Assembly: GCA_964534735.1 (NCBI GenBank)
Contig: CAZHQP010000001.1
Span: 12,580 to 54,844 of the forward strand
Length of the DNA: 42,265 nt
Direction of reading: 5' to 3'
DNA from: an uncultured Roseivirgaceae bacterium
GTDB lineage: Bacteria; Bacteroidota; Bacteroidia; Cytophagales; Cyclobacteriaceae
Part shown: piece by piece, positions 8,999 to 18,664 of the stretch
How the letters are laid out: each line of letters opens with the position of its first letter
How positions within the stretch are numbered: position 1 is the stretch's first letter
The notes under the pieces: generated by a model
The model's input: the letters and a program-made list of their open reading frames with translations, nothing else
Database searches by the model: none
Told to the model about the DNA's origin: nothing
Made by a program: the position numbers and the translations under genes

Positions 8999-9781
8999 AT
9001 GAAGATCGGATTAGCATTATCAGGCGGAGGGGCAAGAGGCTTTGCACACCTGGGCGTTATCAAAGCACTGGAAGAATTCGGCCTTACATTTTCTGAAGTT
9101 TCCGGAACAAGCGCTGGCGCCATCGCGGGTGCATTTTATTGTCACGGATATACTGCTGACCAAATACTGGAGATCGTTTCATCTTACGGATTTTTGCGTT
9201 CCGTACGTCCAGCCTGGTCATGGACCGGTTTATTAAATATGGAAGGTTTCCGGATGGTGATGATGAAGCACTTGACTGAGAATTCGTTCGAGAGCCTGAA
9301 AATCCCGTTGACCATTGCCGCTACTGATATCCTGAATGGAAAAGTAACCTACTTTGATTCGGGTGAGCTTGTTCCGAGGATCATCGCCTCATCCAGCATT
9401 CCTGCACTATTCAATCCGGTCATTCTGGATGGTAACGTATATGTCGATGGCGGGATCATTGATAACCTGCCTGTTCGGCCATTGGTGGGTAAATGCGATT
9501 TTATAATCGGCAGTCATTGTAATCCGGTTGAACAACGAATTGATATCAAGAATGTTAAGGAAGTTACCGAACGGAGCCTGTTGATTGCAATCAATGTTAA
9601 CTCAGGCATCAGTAAAACACATTGCAATGTGGTTATCGAACCGAGAGACCTCGGTAAATTTACCACATTTGATCTTGCAAAAGGTAAAGAAATTTTTGAC
9701 ATCGGCTACAACCATGTTAAGAATAACTATAAGCAACTCGATTTTCAATTGAACCAGCAAGTGCGTGCCAGCAACGTTTAA
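8999..9781 (+). CDS. Patatin-like phospholipase
   Basis: 260 aa. Oxyanion GGGARG, nucleophile elbow GTSAG, Asp dyad YVDGGIIDN. The ATG abuts the upstream stop (TAAATG). Confidence 0.88.
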   Translation: MKIGLALSGGGARGFAHLGVIKALEEFGLTFSEVSGTSAGAIAGAFYCHGYTADQILEIVSSYGFLRSVRPAWSWTGLLNMEGFRMVMMKHLTENSFESLKIPLTIAATDILNGKVTYFDSGELVPRIIASSSIPALFNPVILDGNVYVDGGIIDNLPVRPLVGKCDFIIGSHCNPVEQRIDIKNVKEVTERSLLIAINVNSGISKTHCNVVIEPRDLGKFTTFDLAKGKEIFDIGYNHVKNNYKQLDFQLNQQVRASNV

Positions 9782-11771
9782 AGAACAAATTCTTACCGGA
9801 ATTCCGGATGAGCTTCCTCCTGTAAAAGCGTATGATCAATCCGTCAGTCATGCTCCCAAACGGAAAGACATTCTGAATCGGGAAGAAAAAGAACTTGCCA
9901 TTGCCAATGCGTTACGATACTTCCATCCAAAGCATCACACAGTACTGGCAAAGGAATTTTATGATGAACTGCTGAACTATGGCCGCATTTATATGTACCG
10001 GTTCAGACCGGATTATAAAATGTATGCCCGGTCAATCAACGAATATCCCTGTAACTCGAAGCATGCAGCCGCAATCATGCTCATGATTCAGAATAATCTT
10101 GATCCTGCCGTGGCGCAGCATCCGCATGAACTGATTACGTATGGTGGAAACGGAGCGGTGTTTCAAAACTGGGCGCAGTATTTACTAACGATGAAGTATC
10201 TCGCCACCATGACAGACGAGCAAACGCTTCACATGTATTCAGGCCACCCGATGGGATTATTTCCGTCATCGCCTTCTGCGCCCCGAGTTGTGGTTACAAA
10301 TGGTATGATGATCCCGAACTATTCGAAGCAGGATGATTGGGAAAAATTTAATGCACTGGGCGTAACCCAATACGGGCAGATGACTGCAGGTTCGTATATG
10401 TACATCGGGCCACAAGGCATTGTGCATGGAACAACAATTACCGTACTGAATGCGGGTCGTAAAATCTCTAAAGCAGGAGAAGGACTTGCCGGTAAACTCT
10501 TTGTTACATCCGGACTGGGCGGAATGAGCGGAGCTCAGCCAAAGGCCGGGAACATTTCAGGTTGCATAACCGTAGTTGGTGAAGTAAATCCTCACGCTGT
10601 CCGAAAGCGTCATGCACAAGGCTGGGTGGATGAGATTATTAACGATCTCGATCAACTGGTTATCCGTGTTAAAAAAGCAAAAGCCGCAAAAGAAATCGTA
10701 TCAATCGCTTACGAAGGCAACATTGTTGACGTCTGGGAAAAATTTGATGCAGAGAATATTTATGTGGACCTCGGATCGGATCAGACTTCACTTCATAATC
10801 CCTGGGCGGGTGGATATTATCCTGCCGGGATGAGCTTTGAAGATGCCAATAAATTGATGGCAGCTGATCCGGAAGCTTTTAAGAACAAAGTTCAGGAATC
10901 GTTACGTAAACAGATTGCAGCGATTAACACGCACACCGCAAAAGGCACATACTTCTTCGATTATGGAAATGCCTTTTTGCTGGAAGCTTCCCGCGCAGGA
11001 GCGGATGTAATGGCAAAAGATGGTATTAATTTCAGATACCCATCCTATGTGCAGGATATTATGGGGCCGATGTGCTTCGATTTTGGCTTTGGTCCGTTCC
11101 GGTGGGTTTGCACTTCGGGAAAATCAGAAGACCTGGATGCAACGGATCGGATTGCGCAACAGGTTTTGGAAGAAATCCGCGAAACTGCTCCGGAAGAAAT
11201 ACATGGTCAACTGGATGATAACATTGCGTGGATAAAACAAGCGAAGCAGAACAAGCTGGTGGTAGGCTCACAGGCACGTATCCTCTATGCAGATGCAGTG
11301 GGAAGAATTAAAATTGCCGAAGCATTCAATACAGCAATTCAGGAGGGTAAGATTGGTCCGGTTGTATTAGGCCGCGATCATCACGATGTATCCGGAACTG
11401 ACAGCCCGTATCGCGAAACGTCAAACATTTATGACGGCTCAAAATTCACAGCCGATATGGCCATTCACAATGTAATTGGAGATTCATTCCGCGGAGCTAC
11501 GTGGGTATCCATTCATAACGGTGGAGGAGTAGGATGGGGTGAAGTGATCAATGGCGGCTTTGGGTTAGTGCTGGATGGAACACCTGAAGCATTATCGAAG
11601 TTGAAAAACATGTTATACTTCGATGTACTTAACGGAGTTTCCAGAAGGGCCTGGGCAAGGAATAAACCAGCACAATTTACGATCGAAAAAGCACTCTCTG
11701 TAAATAACCTGTTGAACTTAACTGCATCATTTGGCGTGGATGCAGGGCTATTAAAAAAATTGACAGAGTAA
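9765..11771 (+). CDS. hutU: Urocanate hydratase (long form)
   Basis: 668 aa. GLGGMSGAQPKA NAD-binding motif, YGGNGAVFQNW, GRDHHDVSGTDSPYRETSN. Overlaps the patatin gene by 17 nt. Confidence 0.93.
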   Translation: MPATFKEQILTGIPDELPPVKAYDQSVSHAPKRKDILNREEKELAIANALRYFHPKHHTVLAKEFYDELLNYGRIYMYRFRPDYKMYARSINEYPCNSKHAAAIMLMIQNNLDPAVAQHPHELITYGGNGAVFQNWAQYLLTMKYLATMTDEQTLHMYSGHPMGLFPSSPSAPRVVVTNGMMIPNYSKQDDWEKFNALGVTQYGQMTAGSYMYIGPQGIVHGTTITVLNAGRKISKAGEGLAGKLFVTSGLGGMSGAQPKAGNISGCITVVGEVNPHAVRKRHAQGWVDEIINDLDQLVIRVKKAKAAKEIVSIAYEGNIVDVWEKFDAENIYVDLGSDQTSLHNPWAGGYYPAGMSFEDANKLMAADPEAFKNKVQESLRKQIAAINTHTAKGTYFFDYGNAFLLEASRAGADVMAKDGINFRYPSYVQDIMGPMCFDFGFGPFRWVCTSGKSEDLDATDRIAQQVLEEIRETAPEEIHGQLDDNIAWIKQAKQNKLVVGSQARILYADAVGRIKIAEAFNTAIQEGKIGPVVLGRDHHDVSGTDSPYRETSNIYDGSKFTADMAIHNVIGDSFRGATWVSIHNGGGVGWGEVINGGFGLVLDGTPEALSKLKNMLYFDVLNGVSRRAWARNKPAQFTIEKALSVNNLLNLTASFGVDAGLLKKLTE

Positions 11772-11808
11772 GATTTCATTATCTTGCAGAAACTTTAATC
11801 CCCAAAAA

Positions 11809-12303
11809 ATGAAAAAAAATGTACTATTCCTTTCTATTGCTCTATCATTCATAGGTATTGTGTCAGTAAATGCTCAGGAAGTCAGGTTTGCTTTCCAGGG
11901 TGGATACGGAGCTGAAATTGAAAAAGGTGCGGCAGGCTTCGGCTTTGAAATCTTTCTCGTTGACCGTGTGAGTGTTGCCCCCGGTGTCAATTTTTATATA
12001 CCACCGGATAAATTCGGTACAGGAAATAACGCGCTAAAAATCAGTTACTGGGAATACAACATCGATATGCACGTATACGCGTTAAGGAGCGAGGGTTTTG
12101 GTTTATATGGGATTGTTGGATTGAATGTGTTGAATGCTAAAGCTAAGGTTGGAAATGAAAAAGACAGTGACAGTGAAACCGGTGCTAATCTGGGATTGGG
12201 TATAAGCGTTGGTCCGGGCCTGCCGTTTATTGAGGCCAAGTACGAAACCGTAAGCACAGGTCAGTTTTTTATAGGCGGTGGTTTCCGCTTTCCAATAAAT
12301 TAG
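11809..12303 (+). CDS. Small outer-membrane beta-barrel protein
   Basis: 164 aa. Signal peptide ...VSVNAQ, alternating aromatic/Gly beta-strand pattern, C-terminal GGGFRFPIN. Confidence 0.7.
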   Translation: MKKNVLFLSIALSFIGIVSVNAQEVRFAFQGGYGAEIEKGAAGFGFEIFLVDRVSVAPGVNFYIPPDKFGTGNNALKISYWEYNIDMHVYALRSEGFGLYGIVGLNVLNAKAKVGNEKDSDSETGANLGLGISVGPGLPFIEAKYETVSTGQFFIGGGFRFPIN

Positions 12304-12337
12304 CGGATATTCGATACATAAACTAACCCCCAAACCT

Positions 12338-12874
12338 ATGAAACTAAAGCACTATCTACTTGTTGCGTGCTTCGCATTCTTTGCAACAGCAGCCTTTGCC
12401 CAGCAGAATGTAATCAAGATCAACATCCTGGCCCCGATTGTTAAAACTTTTAACGTTCAATATGAACGTGCATTGAATGACAACAGCAGCTTGCAGCTTG
12501 GTTTTTTCTATACCGGATTTTCTTCCGGTGACACAAAGTTTACAGGTTTCGGAATCACACCTGAATACCGTTTTTATTTGTCCGAATCTCCGGCACCAAA
12601 AGGTGTTTATATTGCACCTTTCGTACGCTACCAGTCTTTTAACATTAAGGATGATGAGACCAACAGCGAAGGCGACTTTAGCGCATTTGGCGGAGGTGTA
12701 ATCATTGGCAAGCAGTGGATTTTTAAGGAAAAAATTTCATTGGATATGTTTCTCGGACCCGCTTACTATTCAGGTAAGGTAGATGCTAAATCCGGAGATG
12801 ATGACGACTTCGAGACCGGTGCGTTTGATGGCTTCGGGCTTCGGGCAGGCATTTGTTTCGGGTTCAGATTCTAA
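12338..12874 (+). CDS. DUF3575-like outer-membrane beta-barrel protein
   Basis: 178 aa. Signal peptide ...AAFAQQ. IKINIL..., GITPEYRFYL and GVYIAPFVRYQSF pattern. C-terminal aromatic FGFRF. Confidence 0.65.
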   Translation: MKLKHYLLVACFAFFATAAFAQQNVIKINILAPIVKTFNVQYERALNDNSSLQLGFFYTGFSSGDTKFTGFGITPEYRFYLSESPAPKGVYIAPFVRYQSFNIKDDETNSEGDFSAFGGGVIIGKQWIFKEKISLDMFLGPAYYSGKVDAKSGDDDDFETGAFDGFGLRAGICFGFRF

Positions 12875-13018
12875 ACACTTTAACCGCCAGGGTAGTCACG
12901 AATTCAATCTTTTTAATGGGAAAATGTAACCCTGTTGAACAAAAATCGTAGTAGCGCACCCGTTTGCGGATACAAAAAAAAGTGGGATATTCGCATTACA
13001 ACAAAACCCTTATACACA

Positions 13019-13558
13019 ATGAAAAAAGTATTATTAACAGTATTCGCAGCTCTTATCGTTTTTGGAGCATCTGCTCAATTTAAAGGCGGTTTGAAAGCAG
13101 GCGCTAACTTAGCTAACGTGTCAGGTGATGGAGTCGATGGCAATGATATGCTGTTTGGTTTCCATGTTGGCGTTTACGGCCAATTTGCTCTTTCTGACGC
13201 TTTAACACTGCAACCGGAAGTTCTTTACTACGGAGCAGGTGCAAAATTTGGTGATGAAGATTATAAGTTGTCTTACTTGGCTGTTCCTGTAATGTTTAAA
13301 TATGCTCTTGGTGATATGTTCAATGTTCAGGCTGGTCCTCAGTTAGGTCTGTTACTTTCAACTGATCCTAGCGAATTGAAAGATGGCTTGAAGGGAACTG
13401 ACTTCGGTCTTAACCTTGGCTTGGGCGCAACGTTCAGCAAATTCAGCGTTGACGCACGTTACAGTCTTGGACTTTCAAATATTTCAGACGTTGATGGTGG
13501 TGATCTTAAAAATAACGTAATCCAGATCTCTTTGGGTTACCAGTTGTTTGGCGAATAA
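13019..13558 (+). CDS. Porin-family small beta-barrel protein (PF13568-like), paralog 1
   Basis: Start moved from TTG 12935 to MKKVLLTVFAALIVFGASAQ. GGLKAGANLANVSGD...LQPEVLY...YLAVPVMFKY...VQAGPQLGLL...TDFGLNLGLG...RYSLGLSNI. Confidence 0.8.
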   Translation: MKKVLLTVFAALIVFGASAQFKGGLKAGANLANVSGDGVDGNDMLFGFHVGVYGQFALSDALTLQPEVLYYGAGAKFGDEDYKLSYLAVPVMFKYALGDMFNVQAGPQLGLLLSTDPSELKDGLKGTDFGLNLGLGATFSKFSVDARYSLGLSNISDVDGGDLKNNVIQISLGYQLFGE

Positions 13559-13582
13559 TTTTCAGCCAATCTGAAATAGAAA

Positions 13583-13611
13583 AGCTGCATAGTGATATGC
13601 AGCTTTTTTTT
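13583..13611 (+). terminator. Rho-independent terminator
   Basis: agctgcat-agtgat-atgcagct followed by a T7 run. Confidence 0.85.
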
Positions 13612-13659
13612 ACGCGCTGATTTTTCTATTTTGATTATTATTTAAATAAAAACCCCCAT

Positions 13660-14277
13660 ATGAAAAAAATTTTTGTACTTATGTTAGCCCTCTGTCTGGC
13701 AGAGGTTTCATTTGCCCAGCTGCAGGGCGGTATTAAAGCAGGATTAAACCTGGCAAATTTTACAGGCGATGATGCGGATGGCTCCAAAGTGAGATTAGGA
13801 TACCATGTTGGTGGCTATCTTACGTTTGATGTTTCGGACGCTCTATCTATTCAGCCTGAGCTATTGATTAACTCACTCGGATCGAAAACCAAAGAATCAG
13901 GAAGTGATCCCGACCTTGGAGATTATACCATTGAAGGTGAGATTATCGTAACCTATGTAACTGTGCCTGTTATGTTTGTTTTTAGGTTAAACGATCAAAT
14001 TAATATTCAGGCTGGTCCGCAGCTTGGAATTTTGATTGCAGGAAAAGCTAAGTACGATATAACGTCTGACTTGATCACCACATCTGGTTCAGAAGATGTA
14101 AAGGATCAGTTTAAATCAACTGATTTTGGATTGAGTGCAGGACTTGGTGCTAATTTTGGTCCTGTGACTACATCGCTTCGATATTACCTTGGTTTAGCCG
14201 ATATTCCGGATGCTGATGCTTCAGTAAAAAACAGCGCTTTTATGCTGTCATTGGGGTATAATATTTCTAAGAAGTAG
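13660..14277 (+). CDS. Porin-family small beta-barrel protein, paralog 2
   Basis: 205 aa. Same motif order as paralog 1 (GGIKAGLNLANFTGD...IQPELL...YVTVPVMFVF...IQAGPQLGIL...TDFGLSAGLG...RYYLGLADI), with a longer central loop. Confidence 0.8.
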   Translation: MKKIFVLMLALCLAEVSFAQLQGGIKAGLNLANFTGDDADGSKVRLGYHVGGYLTFDVSDALSIQPELLINSLGSKTKESGSDPDLGDYTIEGEIIVTYVTVPVMFVFRLNDQINIQAGPQLGILIAGKAKYDITSDLITTSGSEDVKDQFKSTDFGLSAGLGANFGPVTTSLRYYLGLADIPDADASVKNSAFMLSLGYNISKK

Positions 14278-14307
14278 TTACCTTAGTGCTACAATAAACT
14301 TTACACT

Positions 14308-14859
14308 ATGAAAAAAATCTTAATTCTTGTATTTGTATTGTCTTCGGTTGCGGCAGCTCAGGCTCAGGTGCAGGTTGCGCTTGGTATTAAGGCAGGTGCA
14401 AACATCTCCAAGTTTGATGATTCGGCAACAGATAACCTGACAACTTTCCACGCAGGGGCATTCGGGCTTTTTAAGTTCACCAAGATTGGTATTCAGCCGG
14501 AAGTTCTTTTCTCCCAGCAGGGAGCCAAGATCGATGGTGATGAATTGAAAACTTCTTACATGACCATCCCGGTTATGCTGAAGCTTTACCTGATTGGTGG
14601 ATTGAACGTGCAGGCTGGCCCGCAGTTTGGTTTTTTAACGAAAGCCGAACTGGAGGGACAGGATGTTAAGGAAGCATTTAAAAATTCTGACTTGAGTGCT
14701 AACGTAGGGTTAGGCTGGGATCTTCCTTTCGGTCTTACGGTAGATGCGCGTTACAACATCGGTCTTTCTGATATCGGTGACGGCCCTGGCGCTCCTGATT
14801 TCAAAAGCAGAGTTGTTCAGGTATCCATTGGATACAAGATATTGAAACTCGGCAAATAA
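14308..14859 (+). CDS. Porin-family small beta-barrel protein, paralog 3
   Basis: 183 aa. LGIKAGANISKF...IQPEVLF...YMTIPVMLKL...VQAGPQFGFL...SDLSANVGLG...RYNIGLSDI. Confidence 0.8.
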   Translation: MKKILILVFVLSSVAAAQAQVQVALGIKAGANISKFDDSATDNLTTFHAGAFGLFKFTKIGIQPEVLFSQQGAKIDGDELKTSYMTIPVMLKLYLIGGLNVQAGPQFGFLTKAELEGQDVKEAFKNSDLSANVGLGWDLPFGLTVDARYNIGLSDIGDGPGAPDFKSRVVQVSIGYKILKLGK

Positions 14860-14878
14860 CAATAAATCAGTTTATTGA

Positions 14879-14913
14879 AGGCCCCGATGCTTAATAAAGC
14901 GCGGGGCTTTTTT
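14879..14913 (+). terminator. Rho-independent terminator between convergent genes
   Basis: gccccg (14881-14886) pairs with cggggc (14902-14907), followed by tttttt. The T-run overlaps the tyrS stop codon. Confidence 0.75.
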
Positions 14914-16192
14914 ATTGTACAATAATCAGGTAGTAGTTCTTCTTGCCCTTCTGCGCAAGCAGGTATTTTCCGTGAAGTAAATCAGATGCAGTAAGCTTTC
15001 TTTCAAGTGCAATCTTTTCTTTATTGATGCTTACGCCATTTCCCTGGATCGCTTTCCGGGCTTCACCCTTTGAAGTGTAAATGGAAGTTTTCTCGCCCAG
15101 CAGACTTACGGGATCAAGATCCGCAGAAAAAATATCTTTAGGCAGCGTAAATGTGATTGACTCATCAAATGCGTCTTCAATCTCCGCACCGGTTAATGTT
15201 TTAAAGGCATCAAACGAAGCGCCAAACAGGATGTCCGTAGTTTCCTGCGCACGTTTCAGTTGTTCAGCACTGTGCACACGCGTTGTAATATCCTCTGCGA
15301 GGCTTTTCTGAAGCTTGCGCAACTGAGGTGCTGCTTTATGCTCTTCTTCCAATGCTTCAATTTCTTCTTTTGTTTTCAAAGAGAAGATCCGGATAAAATT
15401 CGGGGCGTCTTCGTCAGAAACATTCAGCCAGTATTGATAGAATTTGTAAGGGGAGGTCTTTTTCGGATCGAGCCACACGTTTCCGCCTTCGGTTTTTCCA
15501 AACTTGGTGCCGTCAGCTTTCGTAATCAATTTTGTTGTTAACGCAAATGCATCACCATTGGATTTTCGCCTGATCAATTCTGTACCGGTAACGATGTTTC
15601 CCCATTGATCAGAGCCGCCCATTTGAAGCTTGCAGTTCTTGTGCTGATTCAACCAGTAAAAATCATACCCCTGAACCAGCTGGTAGGTAAACTCGGTAAA
15701 TGATAACCCCGCATCTGACTCCAGTCTTTTCTTGACGGAATCCTTCGACATCATGTAACTGATCGTGATGTGCTTTCCGACATCCCGGATAAAGTCGAGG
15801 AACTTAAAGTCTTTAAACCAGTCGTAATTATTAACCATTTCTGCGCCACCAGCGCCTTTGAAGTCCAGGAACTTCTCCAATTGATTTTTTACGCACGTCA
15901 CGTTGTGCTGAAGTATTTCTTCAGATAAAAGATTCCGTTCTGCCGATTTGCCGGATGGATCGCCCACCATTCCGGTGGCACCGCCTATCAATGCAACGGG
16001 TTTATGGCCGCATTTCTGAAAATGAACAAGCGTCATGATCTGAACCAGGTGTCCGATGTGAAGTGAATCTGCCGTGGGGTCAAACCCGATATAGCCTGAA
16101 GTTACTTCCTTTGTGAGTTGCTCTTCTGTTCCGGGCATAACATCGTGGATCATGCCGCGCCACCGTAGTTCTTCAATGAAATTCTTCGTCAT
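14912..16192 (-). CDS. tyrS: Tyrosine--tRNA ligase
   Basis: 426 aa. HIGH-type LHIGHLV, KMSKS-type [14 protein letters not shown]-terminal S4-like domain. Confidence 0.96.
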   Translation of the reverse strand: MTKNFIEELRWRGMIHDVMPGTEEQLTKEVTSGYIGFDPTADSLHIGHLVQIMTLVHFQKCGHKPVALIGGATGMVGDPSGKSAERNLLSEEILQHNVTCVKNQLEKFLDFKGAGGAEMVNNYDWFKDFKFLDFIRDVGKHITISYMMSKDSVKKRLESDAGLSFTEFTYQLVQGYDFYWLNQHKNCKLQMGGSDQWGNIVTGTELIRRKSNGDAFALTTKLITKADGTKFGKTEGGNVWLDPKKTSPYKFYQYWLNVSDEDAPNFIRIFSLKTKEEIEALEEEHKAAPQLRKLQKSLAEDITTRVHSAEQLKRAQETTDILFGASFDAFKTLTGAEIEDAFDESITFTLPKDIFSADLDPVSLLGEKTSIYTSKGEARKAIQGNGVSINKEKIALERKLTASDLLHGKYLLAQKGKKNYYLIIVQ

Positions 16193-16209
16193 GCGTAAAA
16201 ATCGAAACG

Positions 16210-16217
16210 CAAATATA
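16210..16217 (-). promoter_or_regulatory. -7 box TATATTTG (minus strand) for tyrS
   Basis: Plus strand caaatata is the reverse complement of TATATTTG, 17 nt upstream of the ATG at 16192. Confidence 0.5.
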
Positions 16218-16232
16218 GAAAACTTGAGAAGA

Positions 16233-16254
16233 GGACAGTACTTGCGTACTGCCC
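16233..16254 (-). terminator. Hairpin terminator downstream of the can-sulP operon
   Basis: On the minus strand, gggcagtac-gcaa-gtactgtcc (one G-U pair) is followed by a pyrimidine/U-rich tract, 41 nt after the sulP stop. Confidence 0.5.
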
Positions 16255-16294
16255 TTTCTCAGCAACCCAAAACCCCTTTCAGGCTGGAAAAATC

Positions 16295-17863
16295 TTAGTG
16301 GTGAGCGCTCGAATTCACTTCGGGCACTGCAATAGTCTCGACATCAATATTTCGCTGCGGAGCAGCCATTTTTTTAAAATCATGGATGATCTCGAGCACA
16401 TCGTGATCGATCGCAATGGAGTTCGATCCATCAATGACAACTTTCGAATCCCGGGGCATATCGTCAAGGCTAAGCTGAATGCTTGCTTTGTTCAGGAAGG
16501 TTACTTCTTCCGAAAGACGGAGTGTTATCACTTCCTGATTGTCTTTTTTCTCTTTCTTGTAGTGATATGCATGGCGATAATTCTTCCGCAGAATGTAGAA
16601 AATTGCAAAAGCCATCCCAATCGCAATTCCTTTCAGCAAGTCGGTTGCCAGAATGGCGATAATGGTAACGATGAAAGGAATAAACTGGTCCCATCCCAGC
16701 CTGTACATTTCCTTATACAGTGAAATTTTAGAGAGCTTGTATCCAACCACAAGCAGGATAGCTGCGAGACTCGCAAGCGGAATAAGATTCAGGTAACGTG
16801 GAATGAGAATCGCGGATAATAGCAAGATCAATCCATGTGTAATCGTTGAGAGCTTTGTCTTTCCGCCTGCATTAATATTCGCTGAGCTCCTTACAATTAC
16901 TTGTGTGATGGGCAATCCCCCGATCAGACCTGAAACAATATTGCCGATTCCCTGGGCTTTCAATTCCTGGTTGGCCGGGGTGTTTCGCTTATAGGGATCC
17001 AGTTTGTCGGTTGCCTCCACGCACAGTAAGGTTTCAAGGCTTGCGACAATTGCAATCGTAAAGGCAACAACATAAACTTCCGGATTGGATAATGCACTAA
17101 AGTCCGGCATTCTGAAAAAGCTAACAAACTCTCCTAAAGTTGAAGCGACAGGGAGGATAACCAGATGCTCACCATCCAGCGCCCAACCCGGATTAAAAGA
17201 TTTGAACAGGAAATTAAGAAGGATACCGGTTAGTACCACGAACAAAGCACCCGGCAGGAACTTGAAAAGACCAAACCGTTTCATAAAAGGTCTCTCAAAA
17301 AATATAATCAGCCCCAGCGATATCAGACTGATAATAATCGCGCCAGGACTGTTATAAATAAAAGCATAGTAGATCTCACTAAAGGTATTGTGACCGTCTG
17401 TTTGCGATAGCGTAAAATCCCCGATAAAATCTTTGTCATAGCCGAGCGCGTGCGGGATTTCTTTCAGGATAAGCGTAAGGCCGATGGCGGCCAGCATACC
17501 TTTGATAACGGAAGATGGAAAGTAATAAGATATAATCCCGGCCCGTAAAAATCCTGCAATGAGCTGAATTACTCCGGCCAGAAAAACCGCCAGCAAAAGC
17601 GTTTCAAAGCTTCCAAGTGTTTTAAGCGCGCCTAACACAATTACAACAAGTCCCGCTGCAGGCCCGGATACACCCAAACTTGAGCCACTGAAGAACCCTA
17701 CTACAACACCGCCTACAATGCCCGCAATGATTCCGGAAAAAACCAGTTCCGGTTGACCTGTTGACGCCAAACCAATTCCAAGGCACAGCGGAAGCGCAAC
17801 CAGGAACACAACGAGGCTGGCTGACAGATCGTTTTTAATATCCTTTAGAAATCCTGAATTCAT
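16295..17863 (-). CDS. SulP-family anion (bicarbonate/sulfate) transporter with C-terminal STAS domain
   Basis: 522 aa, polytopic N-terminal part. The C-terminal ITLRLSEEVTFLNKASI...VVIDGSNSIAIDHDVLEIIHDF region is STAS-like. Confidence 0.9.
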   Translation of the reverse strand: MNSGFLKDIKNDLSASLVVFLVALPLCLGIGLASTGQPELVFSGIIAGIVGGVVVGFFSGSSLGVSGPAAGLVVIVLGALKTLGSFETLLLAVFLAGVIQLIAGFLRAGIISYYFPSSVIKGMLAAIGLTLILKEIPHALGYDKDFIGDFTLSQTDGHNTFSEIYYAFIYNSPGAIIISLISLGLIIFFERPFMKRFGLFKFLPGALFVVLTGILLNFLFKSFNPGWALDGEHLVILPVASTLGEFVSFFRMPDFSALSNPEVYVVAFTIAIVASLETLLCVEATDKLDPYKRNTPANQELKAQGIGNIVSGLIGGLPITQVIVRSSANINAGGKTKLSTITHGLILLLSAILIPRYLNLIPLASLAAILLVVGYKLSKISLYKEMYRLGWDQFIPFIVTIIAILATDLLKGIAIGMAFAIFYILRKNYRHAYHYKKEKKDNQEVITLRLSEEVTFLNKASIQLSLDDMPRDSKVVIDGSNSIAIDHDVLEIIHDFKKMAAPQRNIDVETIAVPEVNSSAHH

Positions 17864-17881
17864 GAATCTTCCCTGCTTAAT

Positions 17882-18529
17882 TTAAACACTGACTTTCTCT
17901 TTCATCATTCTGAAAATAAGCGGAAGATCGCCCTGATTTCCAATGCTTACTTCCAGGTCTTTAATCAAACCGGTTTGCAGGCTATAGACCCATCCGTGTA
18001 TAATCGGATAATGCCGGTCTTTCCAGTTATTCTGGATAATAGAAGTTTTTGAAACGTTGAATACCTGCTCTATTACGTTGAGTTCTACAAGTCGCTTGAA
18101 ACGTTCCTCCTCATTCTCGATAGCATCCAGTTCATCACTATAAATGCGGTACACGTCTTTAATATGACGAAGCCAGTTATCCACAACTCCGTTTTGATTG
18201 TTTCCCATCGCTGCCTTTACACCACCGCAGCCATAATGACCGCATACGATTACATGTTTTACTTTAAGAACATTAACGGAGTAATCAATTACACTCAACA
18301 GATTCATGTCAGAGTGTACCACCATGTTGGCAATATTGCGATGAACGAAAATGTCACCGGGTTGTGTTTTGGTTATTTCATTTGCAGGTACCCGGCTATC
18401 CGAACATCCGATCCAAAGTACTTCCGGACTTTGACCTGCTACGAGCTTGTTAAAAAAATTCGGGTCCTTGTCCGTCATCTCTTTGACCCATTGACGATTA
18501 CCCTCTAAAAGAGAATTATATACTTGCAT
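17882..18529 (-). CDS. can: Beta-class carbonic anhydrase
   Basis: 215 aa. WIGCSDSRVP and VCGHYGCGGV zinc-ligand motifs. Overall resembles E. coli Can. An 18-nt gap to sulP implies an operon. Confidence 0.92.
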   Translation of the reverse strand: MQVYNSLLEGNRQWVKEMTDKDPNFFNKLVAGQSPEVLWIGCSDSRVPANEITKTQPGDIFVHRNIANMVVHSDMNLLSVIDYSVNVLKVKHVIVCGHYGCGGVKAAMGNNQNGVVDNWLRHIKDVYRIYSDELDAIENEEERFKRLVELNVIEQVFNVSKTSIIQNNWKDRHYPIIHGWVYSLQTGLIKDLEVSIGNQGDLPLIFRMMKEKVSV

Positions 18530-18664
18530 ATTATTTTGCTTAAGGTTGTTTATGAAAAATTGCGCCAGTCAGCTCATACAATTCGGATAGAATAATATGA
18601 ATGACAAAGATCTGAATCAGCCGGAGTAAGTAATTCCGGGTTACGACATTGGAATGTCTGGATG

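Noticed and set aside
12935-13018. TTG-initiated extension of porin paralog 1
   Set aside because: The extension (MNKNRSSAPVCGYKKKWDIRITTKPLYT) precedes a perfect MKK signal peptide, and the other paralogs start at MKK.
16193-16294. T-box or other leader upstream of tyrS
   Set aside because: Only about 17 nt separate the -7 box from the ATG. The hairpin in this spacer belongs to the upstream sulP 3' end.
16298-16723. 141-aa plus-strand ORF antisense to the sulP STAS region
   Set aside because: It lies entirely within a confidently identified gene on the other strand. Low-complexity, Cys/His/Asn-rich product typical of shadow frames.
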